Source: Ophelia neglecta
Taxonomy: Eukaryota
NCBI GenBank assembly: GCA_965285935.1
Contig: OZ260667.1
Span: 61,008,001 to 61,072,000 of the forward strand
Reading direction: 5' to 3'
Length of the DNA: 64,000 nucleotides
Part shown: positions 47,535 to 60,900 of the stretch, in pieces
Position numbering within the stretch: the first letter of the stretch is position 1
Layout of the letters: each line of letters starts with the position of its first letter
Program-made: the position numbers and the translations under genes
The notes under the pieces: model-generated
Database searches by the model: none
What the model was told of the DNA's origin: nothing
The model's input: the letters and a program-made list of their open reading frames with translations, nothing else

Positions 47535-50500
47535 TTGAATTGAAATTGAATTGAAATATTTTATTCAGTATTACAGCAACATTACAGCAACATTACAGGA
47601 GTACAGATAGGGAAAAGAAAAAAAAGGGCCGTAATACTTGGACGCCAGTAATAGCCGGAGCCGTTGGCACTGGCCGCCCTAAAAAATATATATACACAAT
47701 CGGTTACATAGATAACTACATTTGAAGATGTTACAATCTTCCTGATAAAGTAACAGAAACTCTAGAATAGACTAGGAGAAGCGGTATCTCCCCGATCAGA
47801 TACATGAGGATTCTATGTACAGCAAGGCGAAACAGGGTTTTAATTGCATTGAATTAACGGCAACAGGACATAGTCGAGAAATATACAAGTATTAAATACA
47901 ATAAACTGTTCTATGTAGTTAAAACGAGACATGACTTACACTTCTGACACACATAACAGTTTTTAATCGTACATACATCACTTTAACTTCCAATAAGATT
48001 TTTCTAGACAAGATATTACTTACACTTCTGACACACATAACAGTTTTTAATCGAACATATATCACTGTAGCTTTCAATAAGATTTTTCTTGACACTGCGT
48101 GGGTTTCTTACATCAATTCTAGGATTTTCAATTTTAATATTCACCAACATGCGATTTATTTTAAAAGATATACACTGTTTCATAAAATTTGTTCTCCTAT
48201 TGGATACGTCAATGCGAGTTCTATTTCTAGTGTTATATTGATGGCCAGATACCCTGGGTGCCAAACATTTAGCTATATATACTGGACAATCTCCGACCAG
48301 TGCCTTATTATACAATCTAATACTTTGCTTAACAACCATGTCATTGAGCTTGAGAATTCCAAATTTTTTAAAGAGGGGCTCAGTGTGAGCAATATAAGAA
48401 GTCTTGTCAATTATTCGCATAGATCGCTTTTGTAGCGAGAACAATCTGTTGGAGTTTCGGCCAGTCGAGTCATTGAACCATACTAGCAAACCGTACATGA
48501 GATGTGGTTGAATTAGTGCGTAGTAAATAGTTCTCAGGATATATGTTGGTAATTGATGTTTAAGTTTGTTAAGAATGCCATTTATTTGAGCTATCTTTTT
48601 ACATTTTGTGTCAGTGTTGCACTTCCAAGTGAGATGCTGATCGAACCAGATGCCTAAAAATTTATAGTCAGAGACACACTCTATCTGTTTATTGTTCAAT
48701 ACAACCGAAAGTGTACTACAGTAAGGGGGGAGAGGTCTATTTGCACTACGGAAAATCATATACTTTGTTTTAGAGACATTCATCCAACAATTGACTTTGT
48801 CAAATTCAATATTCATATTGAAAAATAAATCTAGTATATCAATATTTTTAAATAGCAGGCTGGTATCATCAGCGAAAAGAATGTCTTTGGAAATTTCAGA
48901 GGCTTCACACAGGTCATTCATGTAAATCAGGAACAACAACGGCCCGAGTATCGAGCCCTGAGGTACACCACAAATTAATTGAGTCAGCTCTGAGGAATGT
49001 TTATTATAGTGAACGAATTGTTTGCGATCTGACAAATAGTTTGCAATTAATTTTTTGCAGCTTCCCCTAATGCCGTAATACTCTAATTTGTCTAATAAAA
49101 TGTTGTGGTCCAGAGTATCAAAAGCTTTTGACAGGTCAATGAATATCGCTGAAACAAATGATTTGCTGTCAATACCACTGGCGATATAATCAAGCAATTC
49201 AATAGCCGCCTGTTCAGTGGAGTGTTTGGCTCTGAAACCATACTGAGAAGGATAAAGTAGGTCATATTTTTCGAGAAACTTATAAATCCTATTATAGATC
49301 AGCCTTTCAAACACTTTAGACAAAGCAGGTAAGAGCGAGATGGGCCTGTAATTGGTAAATCTCGAGTCATCCCCACTTTTAAATATTGGCAGTACCTTGG
49401 CAATTTTAGCTTTATTCGGAAAAATGCCACTCTTCAGCATAGAATTAAAGATGCTGGTCAATACTTGTGCAATAGGTTTAACAGACTGTTTTAGTAATTT
49501 TGGGGTAATGAAATCGAAACCGCAGCTAGTTTTTGGCTTAATTCTATCAACAACTTTTATTATTTCGGTGGGGTTTGTATCAGACATGTAAATACTGTTC
49601 ACAGTAGGCTGTTTTAGATAAGAATTAAAGGTACGCGATGACTGTATCTGAGCGGCAATAGAGGATCCGACAGTAGAAAAATATGTATTGAAGCCATTAG
49701 CAATTTGAATAGGATTACACAATTTCCTATCATTTTGATCCAAAAAAATGCTCTGCATATTATGGCTAACGTGTCCTTTGTTCAGGACTAATCTTATGTT
49801 GGCCCAAGTTAGTTTAATGTCATGTTTTGCGTCTTGAAATCGCTGATTCCAGTGTGCCGCTTTGGCAGCTGTTATCACCTGTTTCAACAAAGTTCTGTAT
49901 TGTTGATACCTAGTTTCAATTTGCTCATAATTAGGGAGATGTCTGCTCTTTGCACGCTGTCTACCTATTAGATCTCTGGTTTGGATAGATGTTAATATGC
50001 CATGTGTGATCCAGGGATCGATTTTATGTTTATACTTATTGAATCGGATTTCTTTTTCCGGAATGGTGTCATTCAGAGTTTGAGTAAATTTGTTTAGGAA
50101 GAGGTCATAAGCTGTATCCGGGGCCTCCTCGGCTACATTAATAATATGGTCCCAGGAAACGGCTGACAAAGCTTGTTTAAACAATTCAATATTTTGATCT
50201 GTAAGTTTTCTGTACTTAACAAACCTCGGGGGTTCCGTCCTTCTTGGTTTCAGTTCATTAATAAAAACGAAATTTAAGAAATGGTCAGAGAGCTGGGAAG
50301 TTAAAGTACCAGCTGTATATGACAGAGACGGATAGTACTTAAGGAAAATATGATCAATTAATGTTGATGAAGATTGTGTTACTCGAGTGGGCAGCGTAAT
50401 GAGAGGAATGAAACTATTACTAATGAACATATCCAGGTAGTTGTCAGTATCCTTGTGCGTGTCTGAGTTAAGAAGATCTACATTCATGTCGCCACAGATA

Positions 50501-51024
50501 ACACAATGTTTACTTTCACGCTCGATGATACTTATACGTTGTTCAATGGCGTCAGTGAGATCATTAATAGTGTTTTTACCTGGCGACCGATATATGGTAC
50601 CTATGACAGGATTGCATTTACAAGTTAAGTTATCCGACAACAGTTCAACAAATAGTCCATCGAAATAGTTTTCATGATCAGAGATAAAGTTAAGATCATG
50701 CCGGACCTTGTACTGTATAGAGTCTCGGACGAATACACCCACACCACCCCCTTCCTTCACACATGGTTTGTTTTTACAAACAAAACTATAGCCTGGCAAG
50801 TTTACTAGCTGTTGAATGTCATCATTGAGCCAAGTTTCTACAACAGTTATAATATCAATCTTAGTGTCAAATTTTTTTACAATATTGTGCAACAGGATTT
50901 CAATTTCAGCTAGTTTTGGGAGAAGGCTCCGTTTAATGTTTAATGTTTTTAGATTATGTTCCTTGTGTCCGCTAGAGATGTGTAAAATAAATCTAGTCGT
51001 GCATACATTCTTTACAACACATGT
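47535..51024 (-). mobile_element. Non-LTR retrotransposon (CR1/L2 group, Crack-like), ORF2 plus 3' UTR, no ORF1 visible
   Basis: APE+RT ORF; 3' UTR with stem-loop (GCCAGT/ACTGGC, 47640-47680), AATAAA at ~47560-47565 and (ATTCA)-type tail at 47535-47556. The frame stays open upstream to ~51024 (includes TLNIKRSL) with no ATG. The 5' boundary and clade are approximate. Confidence 0.9.
48016..50892 (-). CDS. LINE ORF2: apurinic-like endonuclease plus reverse transcriptase, 958 aa uninterrupted
   Basis: Endonuclease motifs ETWL, IYRSP, GDMN, TLIDHIF, SDHF; RT motifs NYRPISLL, QYGFR, FIDLSKAFD, GVPQGSILGP, LFADD, KFLG; Cys-rich end CSIKNCYVC. Confidence 0.95.
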   Translation of the reverse strand: MHNIVKKFDTKIDIITVVETWLNDDIQQLVNLPGYSFVCKNKPCVKEGGGVGVFVRDSIQYKVRHDLNFISDHENYFDGLFVELLSDNLTCKCNPVIGTIYRSPGKNTINDLTDAIEQRISIIERESKHCVICGDMNVDLLNSDTHKDTDNYLDMFISNSFIPLITLPTRVTQSSSTLIDHIFLKYYPSLSYTAGTLTSQLSDHFLNFVFINELKPRRTEPPRFVKYRKLTDQNIELFKQALSAVSWDHIINVAEEAPDTAYDLFLNKFTQTLNDTIPEKEIRFNKYKHKIDPWITHGILTSIQTRDLIGRQRAKSRHLPNYEQIETRYQQYRTLLKQVITAAKAAHWNQRFQDAKHDIKLTWANIRLVLNKGHVSHNMQSIFLDQNDRKLCNPIQIANGFNTYFSTVGSSIAAQIQSSRTFNSYLKQPTVNSIYMSDTNPTEIIKVVDRIKPKTSCGFDFITPKLLKQSVKPIAQVLTSIFNSMLKSGIFPNKAKIAKVLPIFKSGDDSRFTNYRPISLLPALSKVFERLIYNRIYKFLEKYDLLYPSQYGFRAKHSTEQAAIELLDYIASGIDSKSFVSAIFIDLSKAFDTLDHNILLDKLEYYGIRGSCKKLIANYLSDRKQFVHYNKHSSELTQLICGVPQGSILGPLLFLIYMNDLCEASEISKDILFADDTSLLFKNIDILDLFFNMNIEFDKVNCWMNVSKTKYMIFRSANRPLPPYCSTLSVVLNNKQIECVSDYKFLGIWFDQHLTWKCNTDTKCKKIAQINGILNKLKHQLPTYILRTIYYALIQPHLMYGLLVWFNDSTGRNSNRLFSLQKRSMRIIDKTSYIAHTEPLFKKFGILKLNDMVVKQSIRLYNKALVGDCPVYIAKCLAPRVSGHQYNTRNRTRIDVSNRRTNFMKQCISFKINRMLVNIKIENPRIDVRNPRSVKKNLIESYSDICSIKNCYVCQKCK

Positions 51025-54000
51025 TTAGGTGGCTTCAAACATGGACAGCAAATTAGATGGATCACGGGCAGCTGTGCACTCGGTTGAAACATGAATTCAT
51101 TTGGAATGGCACCTGTCGGCCTTTCAATTCAGGCTTACTACCAGATTCCTTTGACCTTTCTGTCTCTACCACGTGTATAAATGAGTCCACACTGGTGTCA
51201 GTTCGACCTCATTCATCCCAATCAATACCTAATAACAGACAAGTGACAGGCGGCCGACTGTTATTGAATCATACGTTCTATAACTTATTCTACTCAATGC
51301 TGTGACCGGAGGTCTGGTCGGGCTGTCATGTTCTGACCCGTAAAAGGGATACATTGTACCAAAGCGGCGAACACATAATGAACTTTACTGATAACACAGA
51401 TTCATTTCTATGTCAGTGAGGAGGTATGAATTTCAACACCATTTCTAAATGTATAAATATTGTCCCGAAACGATGTGACTACAAGAAACTACCTGCGTTT
51501 TCTTCTGATAATACATTCTTCATTAGTTTAGTGAATATGGAAACAATCACAGCGATATACTCCTAGAGTTTAACAGTCTGGGCTATTTTATAGTGACGTT
51601 CGTCAAGATTTCTGCTGCTGGTATTCCATCAGTCGCCATCAAGACTTGCCTGTGTCTGCAAAAAGGTCGAGATTATAAGTAGGGATACGTTGATACCCTA
51701 CACTAAATAGACATCAATCATTATTTCGTGTGTACAATTATATTAAACGCGAGTTTAGGCCTACGACAGCCTGTAACCGGTATACATCTGTAAAGGCTTG
51801 TTAAGCTCAGTGTTTTTCAGCTAACGGTAGCTATGCCCAGTTTCTAGTTCAAACCTGTCTTGTAACTAGATACAGGGTTCCTTACTTTTATATAACCTGC
51901 TTGGGCCGGCCCATTCAGTGCCAGCTATTAATCCAAAATAGTAGCGATTAATTTTGCTAAATGTGCGTAAATTCATGATCATTAGTATGTTTCTACCAAT
52001 CGCTGTCTCGTTAAACCAGCTCAGGAACATGGTGAACTGAGCACCAGGACGGTTCAGCCAGGAAATCATCAGCAAGGGCTTAATATTCAGAAGCGAACAG
52101 ACTCTCGTGCTAGGTAGAGCCAAACCCAGACAGGCGTAGAGTTTTTGCCCATTTGATGTGCCTCGACACCTCTGTCAGCACATAGGAGGAGGCAGTTTTT
52201 GATAAATTCATCATTTCGAGATGAGACCGAACATGAACTGACGAGCACCAAACAAATGTATAGCCACACGCCCAGTTGATATCCCTAACCGGGTGCTAAT
52301 GGATCCAGCACCTCCTATCTCTGGTTCCATATCTGCCATCTATAACTCATCAATCAGAGACGGTACAATTGCCTCCCTATAAGAACCACTAATGCGATGC
52401 CAATCCTCAAGGTATCTCCAACAACGACAAGTCTGACATCAGGCAAATTTCATTGACCTAAATTCTGGCCATATATGTGGAAAGCTATTGTTGGCCAGAG
52501 AATACTGGAATCAATTCCCACCCGCTAAGACTTTAACCAATATGATGGGATAAAGGGACTCTACAATACAACTTTTTGTATATTAAAGATATTTTTCGTG
52601 GTACAATTCAGTGCACAAAAATGGAACAGCGATTTGTTATTTAGAATTGGTCGAACACACTTCACTTTTAAAAACGTTCTAAGATTGTGCAGTATCTCTT
52701 ATCTAGACTAGATAACAGTTCTGTTCATAACAGACAGGGAACAGCGTGGTTAGCTTAGAAGGGACTGCTTGGTTTATGATGGTTGGCTCAATGCCCCAGG
52801 GAGCACACCTTGGCCCATTGTCACTCCTCGTATATCACTCAACAAGTATCTGCGTGTATGATGGGGGGGGGGGTAACATTTCTTCCCAGCATTGCGGGGG
52901 GGGGGGCACTATACTGGGAGGCAAGACATACCATGCCCCATCATAAGAATGACACCCCCCCCTCTCCAAGACCCTGCTTTTCACAAAAGCCCCCCTCACC
53001 CCCCCCTCTGCTCCGAGCAAACTTTGAGCTCTGTCGTGAATTCTAAACCAAATTAATTAATCTGGACGATTTGAAAAAAAAATCTTTTCCGCTGGTTAAT
53101 AATATATATGAGTATATGTCGTCTCTTCTTTTGGCATCTTGAATTTTATGCTTGGGGGGCGGGTCGGGGGGGGGGGGGTGTGTCAAATTGTTAGATATAA
53201 AGGGCAACATAGTTCGATAACAAGGAAATTATAGTCTCGTAACTGGCGACTTGATTTAGATTGGCGCGGTTTATTTCCTAACTATAAGTTGCTGGTTATC
53301 AGAATTCTGAAGAAAGTCGATATGGATCTGCAGACGACAAGGTGACTTTAAAAGAAAACCGCCAGATTGCTTGTTGTACAGTTATTGTATCAATTGTTTA
53401 ACCAATGGTAATAAGTCTGCCAGTAATTTGTTTATAAATCGGGCGTTACCCATTTGCTCAGGCAATGACCTAGTTGCTGTCTATTTTCGATGATACGAAG
53501 GCGCTTATTTCAACCAGCTGCCGAGAGCTAAGTAAGCCGACTACCGGATAAGGGACACAGGAAGATAAGGCTCAACGGCTCAGTAGAATCTATAGCCAGC
53601 GAAGAAGAGCTCAGAGGACTTAAGGTAAGAAGGATATAAGGCAATTTACTGAGTCGGATGTTGTGCTGAAACAAAAGAGTTGGATCCGGTGATACACAGG
53701 CTTCATATTAATCAAATGATACAGACATTCAAAGAAGCAATATACATATTTGTACGTATCTTGTGTTAAACTACTCTATACACCTGCAGCTCACATATAT
53801 GATAGTGTGTTCGCTGAAGCTATAGCCCCCCCCCCAACTACCCCCCCCCCCCCAAGCCAGTCCGAACTCACCCCCTTATTATTTTGCTGAAATGCTGATC
53901 TCTATTTATGTAAGGTGGAACTAGCACATGTGCATTGCTTGTGTTTGTTTTTCATCCTTTTTATTGTTTCCTTTATGAGCTGGTGATCGTTTCTCTTTTT

Positions 54001-55250
54001 TCGTGAATATATTATGCACTTTTTCAATATGGAATATGTGGCATTGTGTCACTTTAACAATATGTCAGCACGTATGCCATAACTAAATATTAATATTACA
54101 ACCAACCAAAAAGTTTAGGAGAAACCAAGTCTAATTGCCTTTTAATATACTTGCTAGTGACGTGTCAAGCCGTCATTGGTAGAACAGACCAGTTAGCGTC
54201 ATCAACTGATACCTGCTTATTTGTCAACAAAAAATGCCGTTTAAGACGGTAAGGTACGTCACACAAGGCAACCTATCTCTACAGAGGACGCTCTGTGTTG
54301 ACGAATTGTGGAGCAGGGGAACCCCACTGTCAGTGCGGCTCCATTATGGTTATAGCGGCGTAACCCCAAGTTTTATGTCTGCTGTGCATCCTGCGATGGC
54401 GTGCAGCAAATCCAATGTGCTAGTAAAAAAATTGATGCCATGCCCCTCTTTAGAAATTAACGATGTGTTGTACGTTGCTACCAGGCAAAATTCCATCTTC
54501 CCCCGTTATCCTTCTCTTGAAAATTACAAGTATTGAATTGCGTAGGCTGTCAAAACTTGTGAAATCTGCTAGCTCAGTGACACACATGGTACTCTGTCCT
54601 GGTCTAATATTCTCTTTTAAGGAATAAATACTTATATACACCATTCGATTGCCTTTTCTCAATATTACGTCTATTCCGCTATAAGCAGACGTCATCTTGC
54701 AAGTCCGATGTCAGTCGACCTCTATCTGCCAAACAAAACACGTGCTCACAGAGAACAGCATCTGGGCCTAGAATGTACTATTCTCGCACGGGCTTCCCAT
54801 AGTTCTATGTAGGGTAATGCGAAGCCAGATAACTGCATATCATTGTAATTTTGGGCATCCCCTGTATCACGTTAACCGCAAGGCTTACTGGCAACTTCAA
54901 CGGCTATCACTGGGATATAAACGTTGGTGACATCACTAGTTAGATATATTGAGCGTCACATTCGTTTTGACAAATCAACAGACATTGGCTTCTGACGCTA
55001 AATGGCATGAACTACCATAGAAGGCAGGAAACGTCACTTGCAATGGATTCTATGTAAATACGGCATTCTCCTATTATGTTAGGTTGGTTTATATACATGC
55101 CTGTACGCAGGCCCACAAACATCTACCACTGCAATTGTAATGGAATTAATTATAAAAACTTAAAATTGATTGGCAACAGTTTTCATGCAGTGACCCAAGC
55201 CCAAAATTAAAGGAGTCGGTGACCAAGGCTTGAAAGGTACTCTGTACAAA

Positions 55251-55375
55251 TACTGTGAAACCTGCCGTAACGACCACTTCTTTAATCAGACCACCTGTCA
55301 ATGCAGACCACCAATAAAAGGACCGTGCTGTATACCTCCAATGCTTAATAACCTGTCTAAACAGACAACCTCCAA
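55251..55375 (+). mobile_element. Eroded non-autonomous DNA transposon end (TAC[A/T]GTGAAACCTG...GACCAC repeats)
   Basis: TA-preceded C.GTGAAACCTG terminus followed by repeated GACCAC(C/T) subterminal motifs; second end not found. Confidence 0.5.
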
Positions 55376-57844
55376 AATCACCAATCAAGGAAGGTCCATT
55401 TAATCGGCCCGAAGTAACAGGCCCACATATACCAATCCATAATATGTGCTATATTAATTCACTTGATACATTCCAATCATTGCTCGGGTTGTTCTTCTTC
55501 TCGAGGAATGAATATTATATTACTGAAAGCTGCAAGGGAATTGACCATAATATGTCAAATAAACGGTTGTCTAGTTAAAACTGTATTTACGCACTAGGGG
55601 AAAAAGAATCTATTTGAGATTGAGCTTGCATAACTTAATAAGATACATTTTAAATTTTAAGAAACGCTTCCGAACTATTTAGTGGCATATGAATATGCCA
55701 CAAATTAATATGCTATGATATAGTGTCTGGGTTTATAGATCACATTTTCGGGTACATTATGTCGGATACGGGTGGCTTAAGAAACTTCAATTTGTGTCGG
55801 TTGCGAAGCGTTGTTTATATCTTAAAATGATAATGATAATAGAAGCAATGTCGTCTGCTGGAGTGGAAGACGCTATTATCATCGTCGATGGTTTCAGCAC
55901 AAACTAATTTGCTTTTGATGTCATCAGCATAATCTCAGGTGCAATGTGGGTTTTTTCTACTTAATCCTCCAAATCAGTGCAGAAATCAATACAGCTTACA
56001 GTTAGGAAAGTAATTTAGTTGCGACTGTGACGTTAAAATATAAACATTGCTTCATATGAGGCTGCCTATACCTGCATTTTTGGTCCTGTGTCTACAAGCA
56101 AAAGGATTACTCGTATGTGCACTAGTGAATAATATAACAATTTATGACAGTTTTGACAACTCTTGCATCTTGCAAATCAATTTACCTATAGTCACAAGAG
56201 CGGACATACATGGATCCAAAAAAAAATATTATGAAATATAAAAATGCCAACGAAATATAATAAGGTGGATTCATTCCGTAATTCAGACATACATAGAAAT
56301 AAATAAAAATCCCACGCCATGTTTGATTTTATTGTGGTTACGTTGATTTTACTAGCAATTACATCGAAGCTATAACCGACTTTCTTCAGGCAGATTTTGT
56401 ATCTGCCACAATACGGCAAGAGACAATTTGAAAAGCGCTGCCAGTTTCTACAGAACCCTTTACATCGATCTGCTATACAGACTTTACAAATCGGCGTGTG
56501 AATCACTTCTAATGCCTATAGCTTTCAGTTCCCTTGCTTTATTGAGTGCCGTTTTAAGCTGTCCGAAAGGAGGCATCTAAAGTGGTACGTCGTCTATAGC
56601 AGACACTCTGTTTATTAGGAGAGGGATGAAAGGAACTGTTCGTGACACTTCAAGTGGATTTGTCACAGTTTGAGCGTCTCAGCTGACGTTAACCGTCATA
56701 TTGAGAGTGAGCAAAGAGTACTTCACACCAGCTAAAAAGGGCACAAAGCGACTAGATGAGCATGAACGAAGCCATTAAAGAAACCAAACTGGCGCAGAGA
56801 AATTCTTTTTTGTCGAGCAACTTCTGTCATTTTAAACTAAGCCGGCACACATATCACAAATCCCCAACGGCGTAACTAATTGCATTGCAATAAAATGTTG
56901 TATAAAGTGTTGAATAGATAATAGCGTTCAAGTGATGTGCCTCCACACTCAAACAATATATTTCCACAGTGTTGATAGTCAGAGAGACAATAATGTGGAT
57001 TACGATCTCTTATGTACGATGAAACGTGGCTATTAACAACTAAAATCTTGGCCATGATATGAGAGTTATCATGTAGTAACATATTTATTTACGAAATCGA
57101 TGTCCTGAGTGAAAAGTTGAAATAACCACCACGTTATGTACACTTTGCCACCATTCCCTCTCACCCCCGTCCCCCGCCCATTACCCTCCCCCAATTACCG
57201 CTATACACACACCCCTACCACAATAGGCATCAATCAAAAAACCGCCAGATTATCGCAAAGACGCAAATTGGCAAATATCACTATGGATGGAAAATGCCGT
57301 TAATATTCATAAATTAATTTAGGGAGTAATTGAATTCGGGTGAGCAGTGGTTAACACCTGAGAAATTCTACTATGATTGATTTGTGGGACAGGATAGAGA
57401 GACAGGGACTAATGATGAATCAAGCCTGGCGCCCATGAATAACATGACATGGATTGATAGTGTATCAGAACAGGGTACAATCATTAAGGGTACAGTGAAT
57501 CAACGGTGCGCCCGCAGAGATGATGTGATGGCTGGAGCAATGAACAACATTTTATTATTTAGAATATGTGTAATGTGGGGCAAGGGAGAAATCAATCATA
57601 TGGCTAGCGAGGTAACAGTTGCGGAACAGGCACAACTTGTAATTTGTAATTTACAAGTTGTTCAATTGTTTTTTATGTTGGATCTTGCAAAAGCCCATGG
57701 CTGAAAATCGGGAATTTCCAACATACAGAGCTTTAGGGCAAATAGCATGCAAATAATGAGATGAAATGATAAGATGAAATGAGGGGCTGAAGGTCGTCGT
57801 TTTGTGTTAGTGGGGCGAGGCAATGTATTGATACAAAGACCGAT

Positions 57845-57965
57845 ATACACACAAGCGCGCGCACATTCACACGAACACATACTTATAAGCACGCGCGCGA
57901 ATATTCACGCGCATGCGCGTACCTTTACACACGCATCAACATATACGTATACATATACGTACACA
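57845..57965. repeat. Degenerate alternating purine-pyrimidine tract (CA/CG/TA)
   Basis: ACACAC, GCGCGC, CACGCGCGCG, ATATACGTATACATATACGTACAC. Confidence 0.7.
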
Positions 57966-60900
57966 TCGCCGAAGCCAGTCCGAAGCACGCGATGCCATAT
58001 TGAATGCTGATGAAGCATGACGAACGCCGTCCCGACAATGGCAAGTTGTGACAAGCATAGATGCCCTAGCATGTAAATTAAACAAAACAACCATAAGACG
58101 TTGACCAGGTTTAAGCTATTACAAATATTAAAATGACCACAGAAGAATCCTTAAAGATACGTCGCCAATCCAAAATAAGCAAATTGTTGGCACCTATACC
58201 TATAAACATAGTGAGCATCACGTATATATCACCCGATTGGCAGACTTGTGGCGACTTTGGGTATATCAATAACAAATATGTAGAATTTAGCATATTTTCG
58301 GGTGACAACTCATTGTCAATTTGTGGACATGGCAATGTATGAAAAGGAGAAGGAAAACCGAGGCCCGTCGCCCGAATCCCCTCGATCAAATATTAACGCC
58401 GCTCTTCACGTAGCCATCTGCCTGTCCGAGTTGACGGATTGAGCTTCCCACAGGTATACACACGGCAATGCCAATGTTGTTGTATTGTTATGGTAGAACT
58501 TACATTAAGATGGCGCTAATCGCTAGTTTCCTAATATAATATCAGATTTTTATTAAATAATTTGTTCTAACCACTTTACTTCAGCGAAAACTCAGTAATA
58601 GCAATACGCACAAGCAGACATGTGCCATGCAGAGCAGTGCCACGTGATATAATATGCAAACTAATTCAATGCGAAATGTATAAGTGTATGTACACTACAG
58701 AATGGATGTAAACTATAGTCGTCCTTGTGGTAGAGGATACCCATTCTAAACACCCAGACGCTGTTCATTAGTGGCCCTGACCTTCAACCCTCCCCCCCCC
58801 CCCACACACACACACACTCAACACAAACAGGCACAAGTACACCTGCCTTCATCTGTCCCTTTTATAATGATAAAAAAATGGAAAAGATATTAAATTAAAT
58901 GGCATCTTTGTAATCTGCTTTTGAAAAATTCCTTATGCTCTTCGTTTTGTAATCCCCCATTGCCCTCTGTTCAGGGATACCATAGGACGCCCATACTTCC
59001 ATCACTAAGGGACATTAGATATTAATTCATCCCTCCACACAGCGGGCACAAACTTCAACATTACTCAGTCTATTATATCCACTGGCCACGTCCCGAGGGT
59101 TATACCACCGGGGATGGTAATCATATAAAAGCTTTGTGTTTGCCACATTGTCTCTGTGCGTATTGTCGGCGGAACTCATTGATAATGCCATGAATACGTA
59201 TCATCGTATGAGCGTCTGACAATAAAACTACATGGCAAAAATAAGTGTTTACCCAGGAGTATATGCTTTTAACCAATTCTCTGTACATTAATACCATGAA
59301 TTGTTCTTTGTCAAGCGCGTTACTAGTGTCTGAAGTAACGAAACGTCTATGGAGACAATTCTTCCGGCTTAGCCTTTCGTAATATTAAAACTATATTTTA
59401 GCTAAATTTCATTGAACATATACATCAAAGCCAAAGCATAGATAAATTAATAATAACATGTATATAAGTCCCACTTAGATAGAAACATGTAAAAATACCA
59501 TTGTTCTAACACCTTGTTAACAGTTGGCAAACGGAAACCCAATGCGTAAAAGTTAACATAAACACTCCCAATGCGCCTTCTCGTTTCATGTACTACAATT
59601 TTTTTATGTGTTTTTCCGATGTCGCAATATGGATTTGCAATGTATGCCTCCATTTCCACGACCAGCCAGCAATTAAGAGTACTGAAAACATTTCTAAAAT
59701 TCTATTTGCAACCGATCATACACTATTTCAAAAGCAGCAAACGTTTGTTAGGTACCAAAGTGTCATTGTCAATAACTGCCCCACTCTGCCTAGCTATACA
59801 ATCCTATTTACAAGCAAATATCTCCCTGTCAGAACTATGTATAACAATAATGGTATTTTTATGTCAATTGCCATCAGCATACTAAGGCCCCGAGTCAAAC
59901 ATTACCTAAATATTGGTGACAAAGGGCCATGTAAATATCGGCCAGACTATCAATATGGATGTTAATCAAATAAAAGCTTTCTGTCTGTACCATGGTTCCT
60001 CCGAGTATTCCATTTGTATTGTCTGCAAACCATTATCATTAATGCCTTGACAGGCTCATCGTCTGCTGCATCGCTGATGCTACCACTGGAATACACAGAT
60101 GTATTTATGAGGCTTCTAGACAATCCATCTATGACAAAAATCACACGTAGTTATAGACCATATCTAATAAACTCAAGGGTAACAACTCCTCGTTCAGAGG
60201 ACATGAGTCCATTAAGTTTAGTCTATAGTTATTGTAGTACTGTAGTGACATAAACACCCAGGTTGGGTTGGGTCTTGCTGTTATACATGTATTGCTTATA
60301 TCCTCTGTTATTGTAAGACATGTCACCTGAATAAATAAAATTACATACAAAAATACATACATGTATCGATGTTGATAGAGTTAACAACATAAACGGTAAC
60401 AACTACTTACCCCTAAATGTGATATTGGCTGTTTTCGTATCGGTCAATTTTCAGCCAAACTCCGAGTGCAACGATTACCACTGCATCAAAGTTAATTCAT
60501 TTTGGATTAAGGGAATTTGATTATCCAAGGAGAATTTCTCGCCAGTTGAATGCAGACCAAGATTTATTTGTTCGGCGGCTGAGCTCGGCGTGGCGTGTGG
60601 TGAGAGTAGGAGGTGGACAGGAAAGGTGTGAGCGGCGGAATGGAGGCGGGGGTGGGGGTGGGGGGTGGGGCTATCTTTACATTTCACTGATTCCAAGCTC
60701 AAATATTTCAATTCAACCTCCCAACATCCCTGACAATTTTTAAGCCATTGAATGTAACGTATTTATTTACCCTGAATATGCTTATCTGTTTACAACTGCA
60801 ACTCTTATAGCAGAGCTTTCACTGTACATCTGTAAGGGAATATTGAGAAATACTTATACTCGAATCTGTCCATTCGAGCGTCTTTGAAATAAAGGCCTCT

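Noticed and set aside
48016-50892. Domesticated host RT gene, retron or group II intron
   Set aside because: APE endonuclease plus LINE-type RT with 3' UTR, poly(A) signal and short tandem tail identify an ordinary non-LTR retrotransposon.
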